A program made the position numbers and the translations under genes. Below the pieces are notes generated by a model, which did no database searches, was not told the origin of the DNA, and saw only the letters and a list, made by a program, of their open reading frames with translations. From positions 123,649-187,648 of IMG/VR virus record IMGVR_UViG_3300045988_178965: DNA of 64,000 nt; one strand, 5' to 3'. Shown one piece after another: positions 33,041 to 41,222 of the stretch (its first letter is position 1; the number at the start of each line of letters is the position of its first letter). Source of the DNA: a virus.

Positions 33041-33355
33041 ATGGGGACCGTTAAAGGAAACCTTATTGCCTTTATATCAAGGAAACTATTCTTCTCATTG
33101 GTCATATTTGGAGTCTGTGCTTGGCTTCTCTCTGCGGGGAAGCTAAACTCAGATTCCTTTGAGACCATAACTATTTCTATTATAGCTGTTTATTTAACTT
33201 CAAATATCGCAACTAGATATACTGTAACTAAAGGTAAACTTATGGCGGATTTGGCTCAGGTACAACAGTCTGAGCATCATAATAATAATGATGATGGTGA
33301 ACAAACAGAATATGAGGAGTATGTAAAAGAATTAAATGAAGAACCGAAAGGTTAA
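33041..33355 (+). CDS. holin-like protein (2 TM + charged C-terminus)
   Basis: LFFSLVIFGVCAWLLSA and ITISIIAVYLTSNIA, followed by an acidic tail. Lies upstream of the lysozyme. Confidence 0.45.
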   Translation: MGTVKGNLIAFISRKLFFSLVIFGVCAWLLSAGKLNSDSFETITISIIAVYLTSNIATRYTVTKGKLMADLAQVQQSEHHNNNDDGEQTEYEEYVKELNEEPKG

Positions 33356-33394
33356 TTTATGACATTTCTTTGGTATAAAGGAATTTAGATTAAG

Positions 33395-33883
33395 ATGTTA
33401 TTAGAGAGATTAAAACAAAATTCTTCAATTAGAAGGCAATTTGGAGTTCATGGTCGTATAAGGCTGCGCTTTAAGGATGGGAAAGAGGCGTTCATATATA
33501 CTCTGGAATCTCCATGGGATTACAATCCTGATGAACCAAACGGGATTGTTGGTCTCAGTTGCATCAAAGATGGAAGTTATCAGATTGCAATTGAAGAGTC
33601 TCCGGTACATAAAATAAAATTGCCATTCCTTGTTAATCCTAAGAATGGCGTTCAATTAAGACAAAAGAGTGCCATAACAGATAGATGCGGGCATGCTTTT
33701 TGTCATATCGTTGATAAGGATATTTATAGTATATATGGCAGATACATACTAATTGGAGCAGACACGAGATATAATACTCAGGGTTTCTATGAACCAATAG
33801 AGGGTTATAAAGCGTATTCATTGCTGATGAAATATCTGGAAGAGACTAATGATATGGAGGTAAAAATAACGTGGGTGAACTAA
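33395..33883 (+). CDS. DUF5675-like protein
   Basis: YTLESPW...N....SCIKDGSY resembles the DUF5675 pattern that I recall next to phage lysins. From memory only. Confidence 0.35.
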   Translation: MLLERLKQNSSIRRQFGVHGRIRLRFKDGKEAFIYTLESPWDYNPDEPNGIVGLSCIKDGSYQIAIEESPVHKIKLPFLVNPKNGVQLRQKSAITDRCGHAFCHIVDKDIYSIYGRYILIGADTRYNTQGFYEPIEGYKAYSLLMKYLEETNDMEVKITWVN

Positions 33884-34368
33884 TTAGAGACTTTAGCCAT
33901 AATTGCGTAAGGCTTACTGAGCACTTTGAAGGCACAGTATTACATAAGTATGATGATGGTGTTGGTAAAATCACTATTGGTATAGGTCATATGATTAAAC
34001 CTGGTGAGACATTTCCTGAAAAGATAACCGCAGAATTTGCGAAAGAGTTGTTGATGAAGGACTTGCAGGTTGCAAAGAATGCAATATTAAAGAACGTGAA
34101 AGTTCCATTGAATCAATGCCAATTCGATGCACTTGGTGTATTTATCTTTAATGTTGGCGCAAATGCCTTTGCAAACTCCACACTATTGAAAAAATTAAAC
34201 TCTAAGGATTACGATGGTGCATCCAAAGAGTTTATAAGATGGAATAAAGGAAGAGTAAAAGGTGTTCTCTCAGAGATGCCTGGACTTACAAGACGCAGAG
34301 TTGCAGAACAGAAATTATTTAGCGCTGACCCGTCTGCAACTGATCCATTAAAATTTCTTGTTAAATAA
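33871..34368 (+). CDS. GH24 (T4-type) lysozyme / endolysin
   Basis: The HFEGTVLHKYDDGVGKITIGIGH segment places Glu, Asp (+9) and Thr (+15) exactly as in T4 lysozyme E11/D20/T26. GTG start after GGAGG. Confidence 0.85.
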   Translation: MGELIRDFSHNCVRLTEHFEGTVLHKYDDGVGKITIGIGHMIKPGETFPEKITAEFAKELLMKDLQVAKNAILKNVKVPLNQCQFDALGVFIFNVGANAFANSTLLKKLNSKDYDGASKEFIRWNKGRVKGVLSEMPGLTRRRVAEQKLFSADPSATDPLKFLVK

Positions 34369-34373
34369 AAATA

Positions 34374-34399
34374 AGCTCCAGGGTATTAATCCTGGAGCT
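34374..34399. terminator. bidirectional terminator between convergent genes
   Basis: agctccagg (34374-34382) / cctggagct (34391-34399), loop gtattaat. A/T-tracts on both sides. Confidence 0.7.
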
Positions 34400-34408
34400 A
34401 TTTATTTA

Positions 34409-35272
34409 TTAACCAATAGGGTTTGAACGAAATGATGTTGAGAAGGAATCCATAACCTCTCTATATACAAGAGGAAGATTTTTTACAACTCTAGACTCTG
34501 TTGAGTCGTCAATCTCTTTGATTACTAGATTTGACGCTGAGAACTTATTCTCTAGGTCTCTTATTGAGTCTTCGCCGAACTGTACAGCAAGGAACTTCAT
34601 TAAGTCTGTCGATTCTTTAAATGGGTTTTCTTCGCCATTACCTAGATGATCATCAATCTCTGCTATTAGAGATTTTGGCATACATAAATTGATTTTAATC
34701 TCTTTATGTGGAATCCATTTAATTCCTCTATTGTAATTAATCGCAGTGTTTACTAGCATTGCAACCAACTCTTTAGGAGGAACTACATAACCATCAAGGC
34801 TTTGTTCTACTACAGCTGTATAGTTGGTTCTGTATTCACCAACAGCAATTTTTCGAAGGTAAGGAATCGGTTTGTCTTTAAGTTCATCGTATGGTTGTTT
34901 GTATGTGTAACGATAAACTGGGTATTCGATAATCACGGCGCTTAAGAAGTATTTGTTTTCTAACTCTTCAATACCGCGCATTGAGGTTCTCTCTTCTTTG
35001 TTTACCATGTAGATCAATGGGTAAATATTCACTTCATTGCAAGAGAACAGAGGGTTGCGCATCTTTTGCTCATAGAAAATACGGCCGACCTCATTATTTA
35101 CGGTCTCATTTGAAGCCCATACATCGCGGACACCGGTAACATCATTATAGGCGATACGTGGAGTTAGGCACATTGCACATGTTGCGCCAAGGTTGTAATA
35201 AGTGATACGTTCTGGTTGTGATTGAAAAAACTGGTCTTGAAGAAATTCGCTTTTACTCATGTTTAAATACAT
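34409..35272 (-). CDS. hypothetical protein (isolated leftward gene inside the rightward block)
   Basis: 287-aa ORF. Alternative ATG at 35260. No motif recognised. Confidence 0.6.
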   Translation of the reverse strand: MYLNMSKSEFLQDQFFQSQPERITYYNLGATCAMCLTPRIAYNDVTGVRDVWASNETVNNEVGRIFYEQKMRNPLFSCNEVNIYPLIYMVNKEERTSMRGIEELENKYFLSAVIIEYPVYRYTYKQPYDELKDKPIPYLRKIAVGEYRTNYTAVVEQSLDGYVVPPKELVAMLVNTAINYNRGIKWIPHKEIKINLCMPKSLIAEIDDHLGNGEENPFKESTDLMKFLAVQFGEDSIRDLENKFSASNLVIKEIDDSTESRVVKNLPLVYREVMDSFSTSFRSNPIG

Positions 35273-35483
35273 TCCATATTATTGTTATTATTATTTTGTA
35301 TAGAAAAATGTTTCCGACTTCACCTTACTATAAGGACTGTATTATACTAAAAAATGAGGTAAAAGTCAAATTTTTTACAATCATTTATTTTATTAAAAAT
35401 CAATTACTTATATAGATAATAAATATTTTACACTTTCTTTACACTTTATATGTGTTATAAAATGTAAATTTTACAAATAATGC

Positions 35484-35512
35484 TTGACATTTATACCCAA
35501 AATCCGTATAAT
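35484..35512 (+). promoter_or_regulatory. perfect consensus sigma70 promoter
   Basis: TTGACA (35484-35489), 17-bp spacer, TATAAT (35507-35512). Confidence 0.75.
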
Positions 35513-35518
35513 ATAGCC

Positions 35519-36290
35519 TATAATATTTATGACGGAATGTGCTGAGTCGGGATAATCTACGGCATCCGGCCTTCAAGAGATATTATCTTACTGTGAACTA
35601 GTCCTAGAGAAATCTAAATAACCTCGAGAGACGGGGTCGGATGAAGCAGTAATGAAACTCCTAGATGTGGGCAAGCCTAACCGAAGGAGTCGATCGAAAA
35701 CTCGTTGTTGAAGTAGCGTAAGCTCCCTGACACTAATCATAGTAATACGAGAGGTGGCGAGTATAAATAAATTTCCTGTTATGCAGTGGATTGTAACCGA
35801 TATTAATCGGCCACATGGGAAGATGAAACATCTCTGGTCTTGTAGAGATAGCATATTGAGCTACAAGATGATACCGAAAGGTATGACTATAAATGGAAGT
35901 ATTAACGGTCCAAGGTATTCCTTGGAGGGTCAAAAAGGGTGAAGAAAAAGCCTAGGATATAGCTCTCTTACAATTAGGGTTATATCAGTAAGACATCTAC
36001 GTTGTACAACATGGCTAGATCGGGTTATTTTATTAAGCCACTTGCTTTGGTTAGGCCTAACTGTATCTAAATATATCATATGTCTAAAAAATAATAGATG
36101 GCCGCTGCGATGCGGCCCTATATTAAAAATAATAGATCAAAATTACAGATAATACATAGGCTGCGTGATGCAGCCCTAAGATCAATAGAGAAATGAACAT
36201 AAGCTTAGGATACTTACTTAAGCTTGTTATAGTCTACAATTATATTTGATAATATTTGGAGGTAGCTTGATGCTACCTCCTATTTTATTT
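35519..36290 (+). ncRNA. candidate large structured non-coding RNA (family unknown; 3' end uncertain: 36118, 36176 or 36290)
   Basis: No credible ORF for ~1.08 kb downstream of the consensus promoter. Many hairpins: atacc-GAAA-ggtat 35871-35884; ccaagg/ccttgg 35910-35925; atctct/agagat 35829-35849; actcct/aggagt 35658-35690. Possible long-range pairing gcctaacc 35675-35682 with ggttaggc 36049-36056. The region ends in three hairpins. Confidence 0.4.
36258..36290 (+). terminator. intrinsic terminator
   Basis: ggaggtagc (36258-36266) / gctacctcc (36272-36280), loop ttgat, followed by TATTTTATTT. Confidence 0.7.
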
Positions 36291-36595
36291 GCAAGAAAAA
36301 CTTACTTAAGCAAATAATACTTACTGCTTCCTGTATTGGAAGTATTCTATGAAAGATTTTAGAGATGTTCTGCTAAATCGTGGTTACACTGTCAGATTTA
36401 GTTCCTAGGTCATATATCCAGTTATTGCCTATGACCATGATTTAGCCTATACTAAATTATTTGATAGTAAAATAGAAATTCGGATTCTATCCAAGATAAT
36501 ACGAGTCTATTACCTGCATATATTTTCATCCTATTCGTTTTCAGTATTGCATGGTAAGAATAAGAATAATAATTTAACTCAGGATAATTAGTTTA

Positions 36596-37936
36596 ATGGC
36601 TATTCCAAATAAAGAAATACAAGAAATGTTTGATCTGTCTGCAGGTATTATCTCTGCTCATGAAATGAGAGAAAAAGAGAAGACAAAAGAGAAGACAGAA
36701 GTTGAAAAAACAGTATCTATGATACAAGAAACAGAATCAAAATCTATTCCGATTTTATTCTCATCTAGAGGTATAAAAGTAGTTGATAATAAAATCACAA
36801 GAGCTAGATATTTAGATGCATTATCGCTAGATGATAAACTATACGAGAGTATTGTACTTACAGAATCTGAGGCATTAGCTTTCAGTACCAGCTTAAGACG
36901 ATCAACCGATGGTGGTATCTCAACATACTCTCCAATGATCTGTAGAGGACAAAACTGCAAGGTTAAAGAAACATGCTTAACTGGAGACTCAATGGTCTCT
37001 ATGCATGACGGTAAACAAGTAAGAATTGATCGTATTAAAAGTGGCGATAAAATTATTTCGTTCAATACAAAAACAAAATGTATTGAACGGGACACTGTAT
37101 ATGCAACGACATATGTTGGCGAAGAGTTGGTGTATGAAATCACCACTACTGCCGGTCATTGCATTAAGGCGACATCGAATCATCAGTTTTTTGCAATAAA
37201 AGGACGAGGTTCAAAATTCAAGTTCTTATCAATTGATGATGGACTTACAGTAGGCAGCAAGCTGGTGTATGAAGATCTCTTCAGCGAAGAGGAGAATTCA
37301 TATGGGGATTGCTTAATTACCAAGATTGAATCCATAGAAGCTATTGGTGTTCTTCCAGTTTATGATATTCAAGTCTTTAAAAACTCTAATTTCTTTGCAG
37401 AAGGGTTGCTAGTCCATAACTGCCAGTTGTATAAGATGAACAAAGCTCCAGTCGGAGCCCCATGTATTTATGAGCAAGACTATTTGCGTAGTCAAACTGA
37501 AAGATACTTCGAAGAATTCAATGTTCAACCAGATAGCCCAACTGAAATGCAAATGGTCGCAGAACTTGCGGAAATTGACCTTTATGAAAGAAGGGTTACA
37601 CAAATCTTATCATTAACTCACCAAGACTTTAGTCAGGAAGATATGATGGGATTTGATGCTGCAGGGAATATGATTGCGCGTGACGACATCTCAAGATACC
37701 TAAACATCAAAGAGAAATTGAAAAACCGAAGAAGCAAACTTCTAGAGTCATTAATGGCGACAAGGAAAGAGCGGGCAAAGATTGCAGTACAGGCATCAGG
37801 ATCTGCTATTGGAAGTGGAAGTCAATCGCTCAAAGATAAACTTGATATGCTTACTGCTGCAACACGAGGGCAGTATGTCGATCCATCAGTGATAAATGGT
37901 TCAAAAAATGACACAAATCAAAAAGGTTCTAAATAA
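36596..37936 (+). CDS. intein-containing Zn-ribbon protein at the head of the packaging module (possible small terminase; function uncertain)
   Basis: The exteins carry CRGQNC-x5-[intein]-C-x14-C. The C-terminal part is coiled-coil-like. First gene of the packaging/head operon. Confidence 0.35.
   Translation: MAIPNKEIQEMFDLSAGIISAHEMREKEKTKEKTEVEKTVSMIQETESKSIPILFSSRGIKVVDNKITRARYLDALSLDDKLYESIVLTESEALAFSTSLRRSTDGGISTYSPMICRGQNCKVKETCLTGDSMVSMHDGKQVRIDRIKSGDKIISFNTKTKCIERDTVYATTYVGEELVYEITTTAGHCIKATSNHQFFAIKGRGSKFKFLSIDDGLTVGSKLVYEDLFSEEENSYGDCLITKIESIEAIGVLPVYDIQVFKNSNFFAEGLLVHNCQLYKMNKAPVGAPCIYEQDYLRSQTERYFEEFNVQPDSPTEMQMVAELAEIDLYERRVTQILSLTHQDFSQEDMMGFDAAGNMIARDDISRYLNIKEKLKNRRSKLLESLMATRKERAKIAVQASGSAIGSGSQSLKDKLDMLTAATRGQYVDPSVINGSKNDTNQKGSK
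36974..37420 (+). mobile_element. mini-intein (149 aa, no endonuclease domain)
   Basis: Starts at Cys (TGC 36974; CLTGDSMV). Block B is TSNH. Ends LLVHN (AAC 37418-37420), followed by +1 Cys (37421). Confidence 0.8.
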
Positions 37937-38423
37937 AGGTAGGCGCAACAAAAAGAGAAGCTTACCTAAGCCTAAGCATACAAAAGAAGAGCATATAAAA
38001 AAGAACGGCGCCTATTTCAATAAAGGCAAGAGATATCGTTCTGGAAAATACTTCTCAAATAAGGCCGGCAAAGAGGTTGAATATCGAAGCCTATATGAAT
38101 ATGCATTTTATAAAGGCATGGACTCTGATAATAGCGTTATCAAATATATCGTAGAGCCAATGAAGATTCCATACACAGACAGCTCTGGACTGAGAAGAAA
38201 TTACATCCCTGACGTATTGGTCTTATATACAACCGGAAAGATGGAGTTATGTGAAATAAAACCATCGTCAGCGAAAAAGGCTATAAATGTGCAACTAAAA
38301 GCAAGGGCTGCTGTTGCATATCTCAAAGATAATGCCATCAATGCAAAATACAGGTTTATTACAGAGAAAGAAATATTTGAAAAAGACGGCGATTATCGCA
38401 AATTGCTTAAGGAAGTATCATGA
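37896..38423 (+). CDS. TnsA-N-like PD-(D/E)xK nuclease
   Basis: EYRSLYEYAFY...VIKYIVEPMKIPY...RNYIPDVLVLYTTGKMELCEIKPSS is the TnsA endonuclease-N pattern (YxPD ... ExK). The start is uncertain (37896 or 37908). Confidence 0.55.
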   Translation: MVQKMTQIKKVLNKGRRNKKRSLPKPKHTKEEHIKKNGAYFNKGKRYRSGKYFSNKAGKEVEYRSLYEYAFYKGMDSDNSVIKYIVEPMKIPYTDSSGLRRNYIPDVLVLYTTGKMELCEIKPSSAKKAINVQLKARAAVAYLKDNAINAKYRFITEKEIFEKDGDYRKLLKEVS

Positions 38424-40108
38424 AACCATTTAGCAATGTCATCTCACTTGACTTTGAGACGACTTCTACAAATCCAGAGGAAAGAATTAAAGACGTAAGG
38501 GATGGCGTTGTTAAATCAAGACACAAGGCAAGAATATGGTCTGTTGGTTTGGCAACGAGATCCGATGGATCAGAGGCCATATTTAATCCACCTAAAGAGC
38601 AGCTAGAGTCTGAGAAGATTGCACTAAATAAAAGAGGCTTCTATGCCGAAAACCAAGAGTGGCAAACATACATATCAGGTAGAAAGAAACCGTCTTCTGC
38701 AGAGCTTCTATTTGAAGCATCCGACAGGGCAATCCTTAAACATTTAGATGATAGTCTTACATTCGGTAACTCCGGAATGGTACTTGTACAGAACTTAGGA
38801 TTTGAACGTGCCTTTTACGCAAGCCTAGATGGTTCGTCATCATCAAGATTAATGAACCAGATGTATGAGCGTTCTCCAGACGGACAAACAAAACTTTATT
38901 CGCCGTCAGAAGCAGTAAAAGCAAGAGCCGCAGCAAAGGACGCTAAAACGCTCTCAGATTTAGATGCGGCTATGGATAAGGTAATTGATGCCTATAAGAA
39001 AGTAGACGCCTCTGTGATGAAATATGACGCAGAGAGAGCGGTTAAAGGCGGTTTACCAATGTTCTATGCAGCAGACCTTATGGATTTTACAAAGGCAACA
39101 TTCGTAAAGGCTGCAGCGCAAGGACACATACCAGAAATATACAAAGACATGGGTCATAATGTAGACTTCCTTGCAAAACTATTCTTGGGCGAAAAAGAAA
39201 CACACGGTGCATTATCAGATGCTAGGCAACAAATAAGACTGTTCGACAAGATTACAAACCTAAGGGAAGAGCTAATCTCAGGCAATATATCCGAGGAAAG
39301 CACTGGTATTTTCAATAAAATGAAGATGGCATCAGGTGTCGCTAGGGAGATGCAAGCAGCTAAGTCAATAGTATCAAATATAGAAAAGCTAAAAGAATCA
39401 GGCAGTTGGGACTCAAAGCAAAAGATAGATACTGTAAAAGTACCATTTATAAATTCATTAACCGGAGAGTCTGGACATATAGATGTACCTAGATTCTCAA
39501 GAGATATATCAAATGAGCGTGGCCTTACAAACTTTCTGTCAATGGCTAAAGAGAGATATGGAAATACTAAGGCATATGCGGAATTGGAAAATATAATTAA
39601 GCCAGCACAAGGCAATCCTGAGGTTGCCCAAGATTTGCTTAGAAATCCTGATTCTACATTCAGAATAGGTGTAGAGAACTCGAACAATTCAGAGCTTCTT
39701 GACAAGATACTTGCTGGTGAAAAATTGACAGACGATGAATTAATAAAGATACGAGATCTCAATGTATCGTCTGGGTCTGAACGAACATTATCTGAATTTG
39801 CTGAGAATACATATAGAAAAGTCAGAAATAGTCATGAAGTGTTAAGATCGATACTTCCAGAAAATCATAGGGTTGGGATACCTGCAGTCGGATTAGCCGC
39901 AGCGGGCGGATTGTTGTATATGATGGGAGACTCTTTTGACGATGATATGAGAGTTAAGAAATTAAGAGACAGACAAGAAAGACTGGATTTTAAACAGTAT
40001 AATGACCCAACATTTAATAAATTTTCTGCATTGGATTATTCTATGGTAGCACCAGCTGGATATATGGAAGCACAATATAAGGAGTCTAGAAGAGCATATG
40101 AGTATTGA
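38420..40108 (+). CDS. DEDDh (DnaQ-like) 3'-5' exonuclease domain protein with a C-terminal hydrophobic segment
   Basis: ExoI ISLDFETTS, ExoII-like QNLGFERAF, ExoIII HGALSDARQQIRLFD. A TM-like segment VGIPAVGLAAAGGLLYMMG lies near the C-terminus. Confidence 0.6.
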   Translation: MKPFSNVISLDFETTSTNPEERIKDVRDGVVKSRHKARIWSVGLATRSDGSEAIFNPPKEQLESEKIALNKRGFYAENQEWQTYISGRKKPSSAELLFEASDRAILKHLDDSLTFGNSGMVLVQNLGFERAFYASLDGSSSSRLMNQMYERSPDGQTKLYSPSEAVKARAAAKDAKTLSDLDAAMDKVIDAYKKVDASVMKYDAERAVKGGLPMFYAADLMDFTKATFVKAAAQGHIPEIYKDMGHNVDFLAKLFLGEKETHGALSDARQQIRLFDKITNLREELISGNISEESTGIFNKMKMASGVAREMQAAKSIVSNIEKLKESGSWDSKQKIDTVKVPFINSLTGESGHIDVPRFSRDISNERGLTNFLSMAKERYGNTKAYAELENIIKPAQGNPEVAQDLLRNPDSTFRIGVENSNNSELLDKILAGEKLTDDELIKIRDLNVSSGSERTLSEFAENTYRKVRNSHEVLRSILPENHRVGIPAVGLAAAGGLLYMMGDSFDDDMRVKKLRDRQERLDFKQYNDPTFNKFSALDYSMVAPAGYMEAQYKESRRAYEY

Positions 40109-41222
40109 TAAAGCTCAACTTTGGGGCCAAATAGGCCTAGAATCAAATGGTGGCTTTTTTGGCAGAAAAAGTACAAAAGAAAAAGAAGCAATAAAAACAT
40201 CAAGACGACTATTCGAGAATAGTTTAGGACATGGTAATCATCCTATAAAATGGTCTTCAAATCTATACCGTAAGAATGCGGGCGCAGACTATGCGGACGT
40301 TAAAAGGATGATGGATGCAACAGATCCTCTTACCAAGGGTTCAATCGGAACTGCATTAAAGGCTGAGGCAATAACAAATTCTAGGAATAGGACTGCGGCA
40401 GAACGAATATTCGGCGCAGCACCAGGTTCAAGTAAATATAATTCCACTCAGCCAATAAGAGGCGGTGGTATAAATAACATATACGCATTTAATAGCTACG
40501 AATCGTTTGCAACCGCCGGTATGATGGACCACTTAGGTAGGGCTAGTAAATTCTTAGGTGGTTATGGTCTAAAAGATGACCTTATGAACTCCGTAGGTCT
40601 GATGACAAAACATCAAAAATCAATCATTGCATCATCAGCTACAAAGGCAACAGATAAGCTATTTGCGGGCCTTGCACCTACTATTGGTGGTATGTTTGCA
40701 CTTGCAGAAGCGTCTGACTACATTGTAGGGAATAAAGAATCAACCATTACAGATAACGCTGCCACATCTGTTGCAGGAATGGCTGCATCACTGGCATTAG
40801 GTACATATGGTTTCCGTGTAGGTAAAGAATTAACACACGCAGGAACATCGCTACTAAAAGGTGTACCAATCGTAGGTAAGATTGGTAGAGGAACAGCCGG
40901 TGAAGCTCTTGGTGCAGCAGGAAGAATTAGAGGTGCAGCAAAACTTGCAACTGGTACTGTTGGCGGATTAATTACAGGTGGCGGCTTAATGCTTGCCACA
41001 GATGCAGTAGTAGGCTTAGCAAAAAGTATGGCTGATAGGGACAATAGGATATTACAAATAAGAAACTCTCTATTCTCACCTACAACTGGTAATACGTCAG
41101 TTAATACGGCACAACTTGCAACCAGTAGGCAGAGGGCATTTGCAAAACTTTCAAAATCATCTCTGAACGATAAGGGCTATATTCTTGGAAATGAGGCTGC
41201 GATTTTAAAAGGTATTTTTTAA
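40098..41222 (+). CDS. glycine-rich protein with glycine-zipper-like C-terminal half
   Basis: GTAGEALGAAGRIRGAAKLATGTVGGLITGGGLMLATDAVVGLA. Confidence 0.5.
   Translation: MSIDKAQLWGQIGLESNGGFFGRKSTKEKEAIKTSRRLFENSLGHGNHPIKWSSNLYRKNAGADYADVKRMMDATDPLTKGSIGTALKAEAITNSRNRTAAERIFGAAPGSSKYNSTQPIRGGGINNIYAFNSYESFATAGMMDHLGRASKFLGGYGLKDDLMNSVGLMTKHQKSIIASSATKATDKLFAGLAPTIGGMFALAEASDYIVGNKESTITDNAATSVAGMAASLALGTYGFRVGKELTHAGTSLLKGVPIVGKIGRGTAGEALGAAGRIRGAAKLATGTVGGLITGGGLMLATDAVVGLAKSMADRDNRILQIRNSLFSPTTGNTSVNTAQLATSRQRAFAKLSKSSLNDKGYILGNEAAILKGIF

Noticed and set aside
35588-35942. Short ORFs (35588..35854 -, 35733..35933 -, 35754..35942 +) inside the candidate ncRNA
   Set aside because: They overlap one another on both strands, have no RBS, and lie in hairpin-rich sequence downstream of a consensus promoter. 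A non-coding transcript is the simpler reading.
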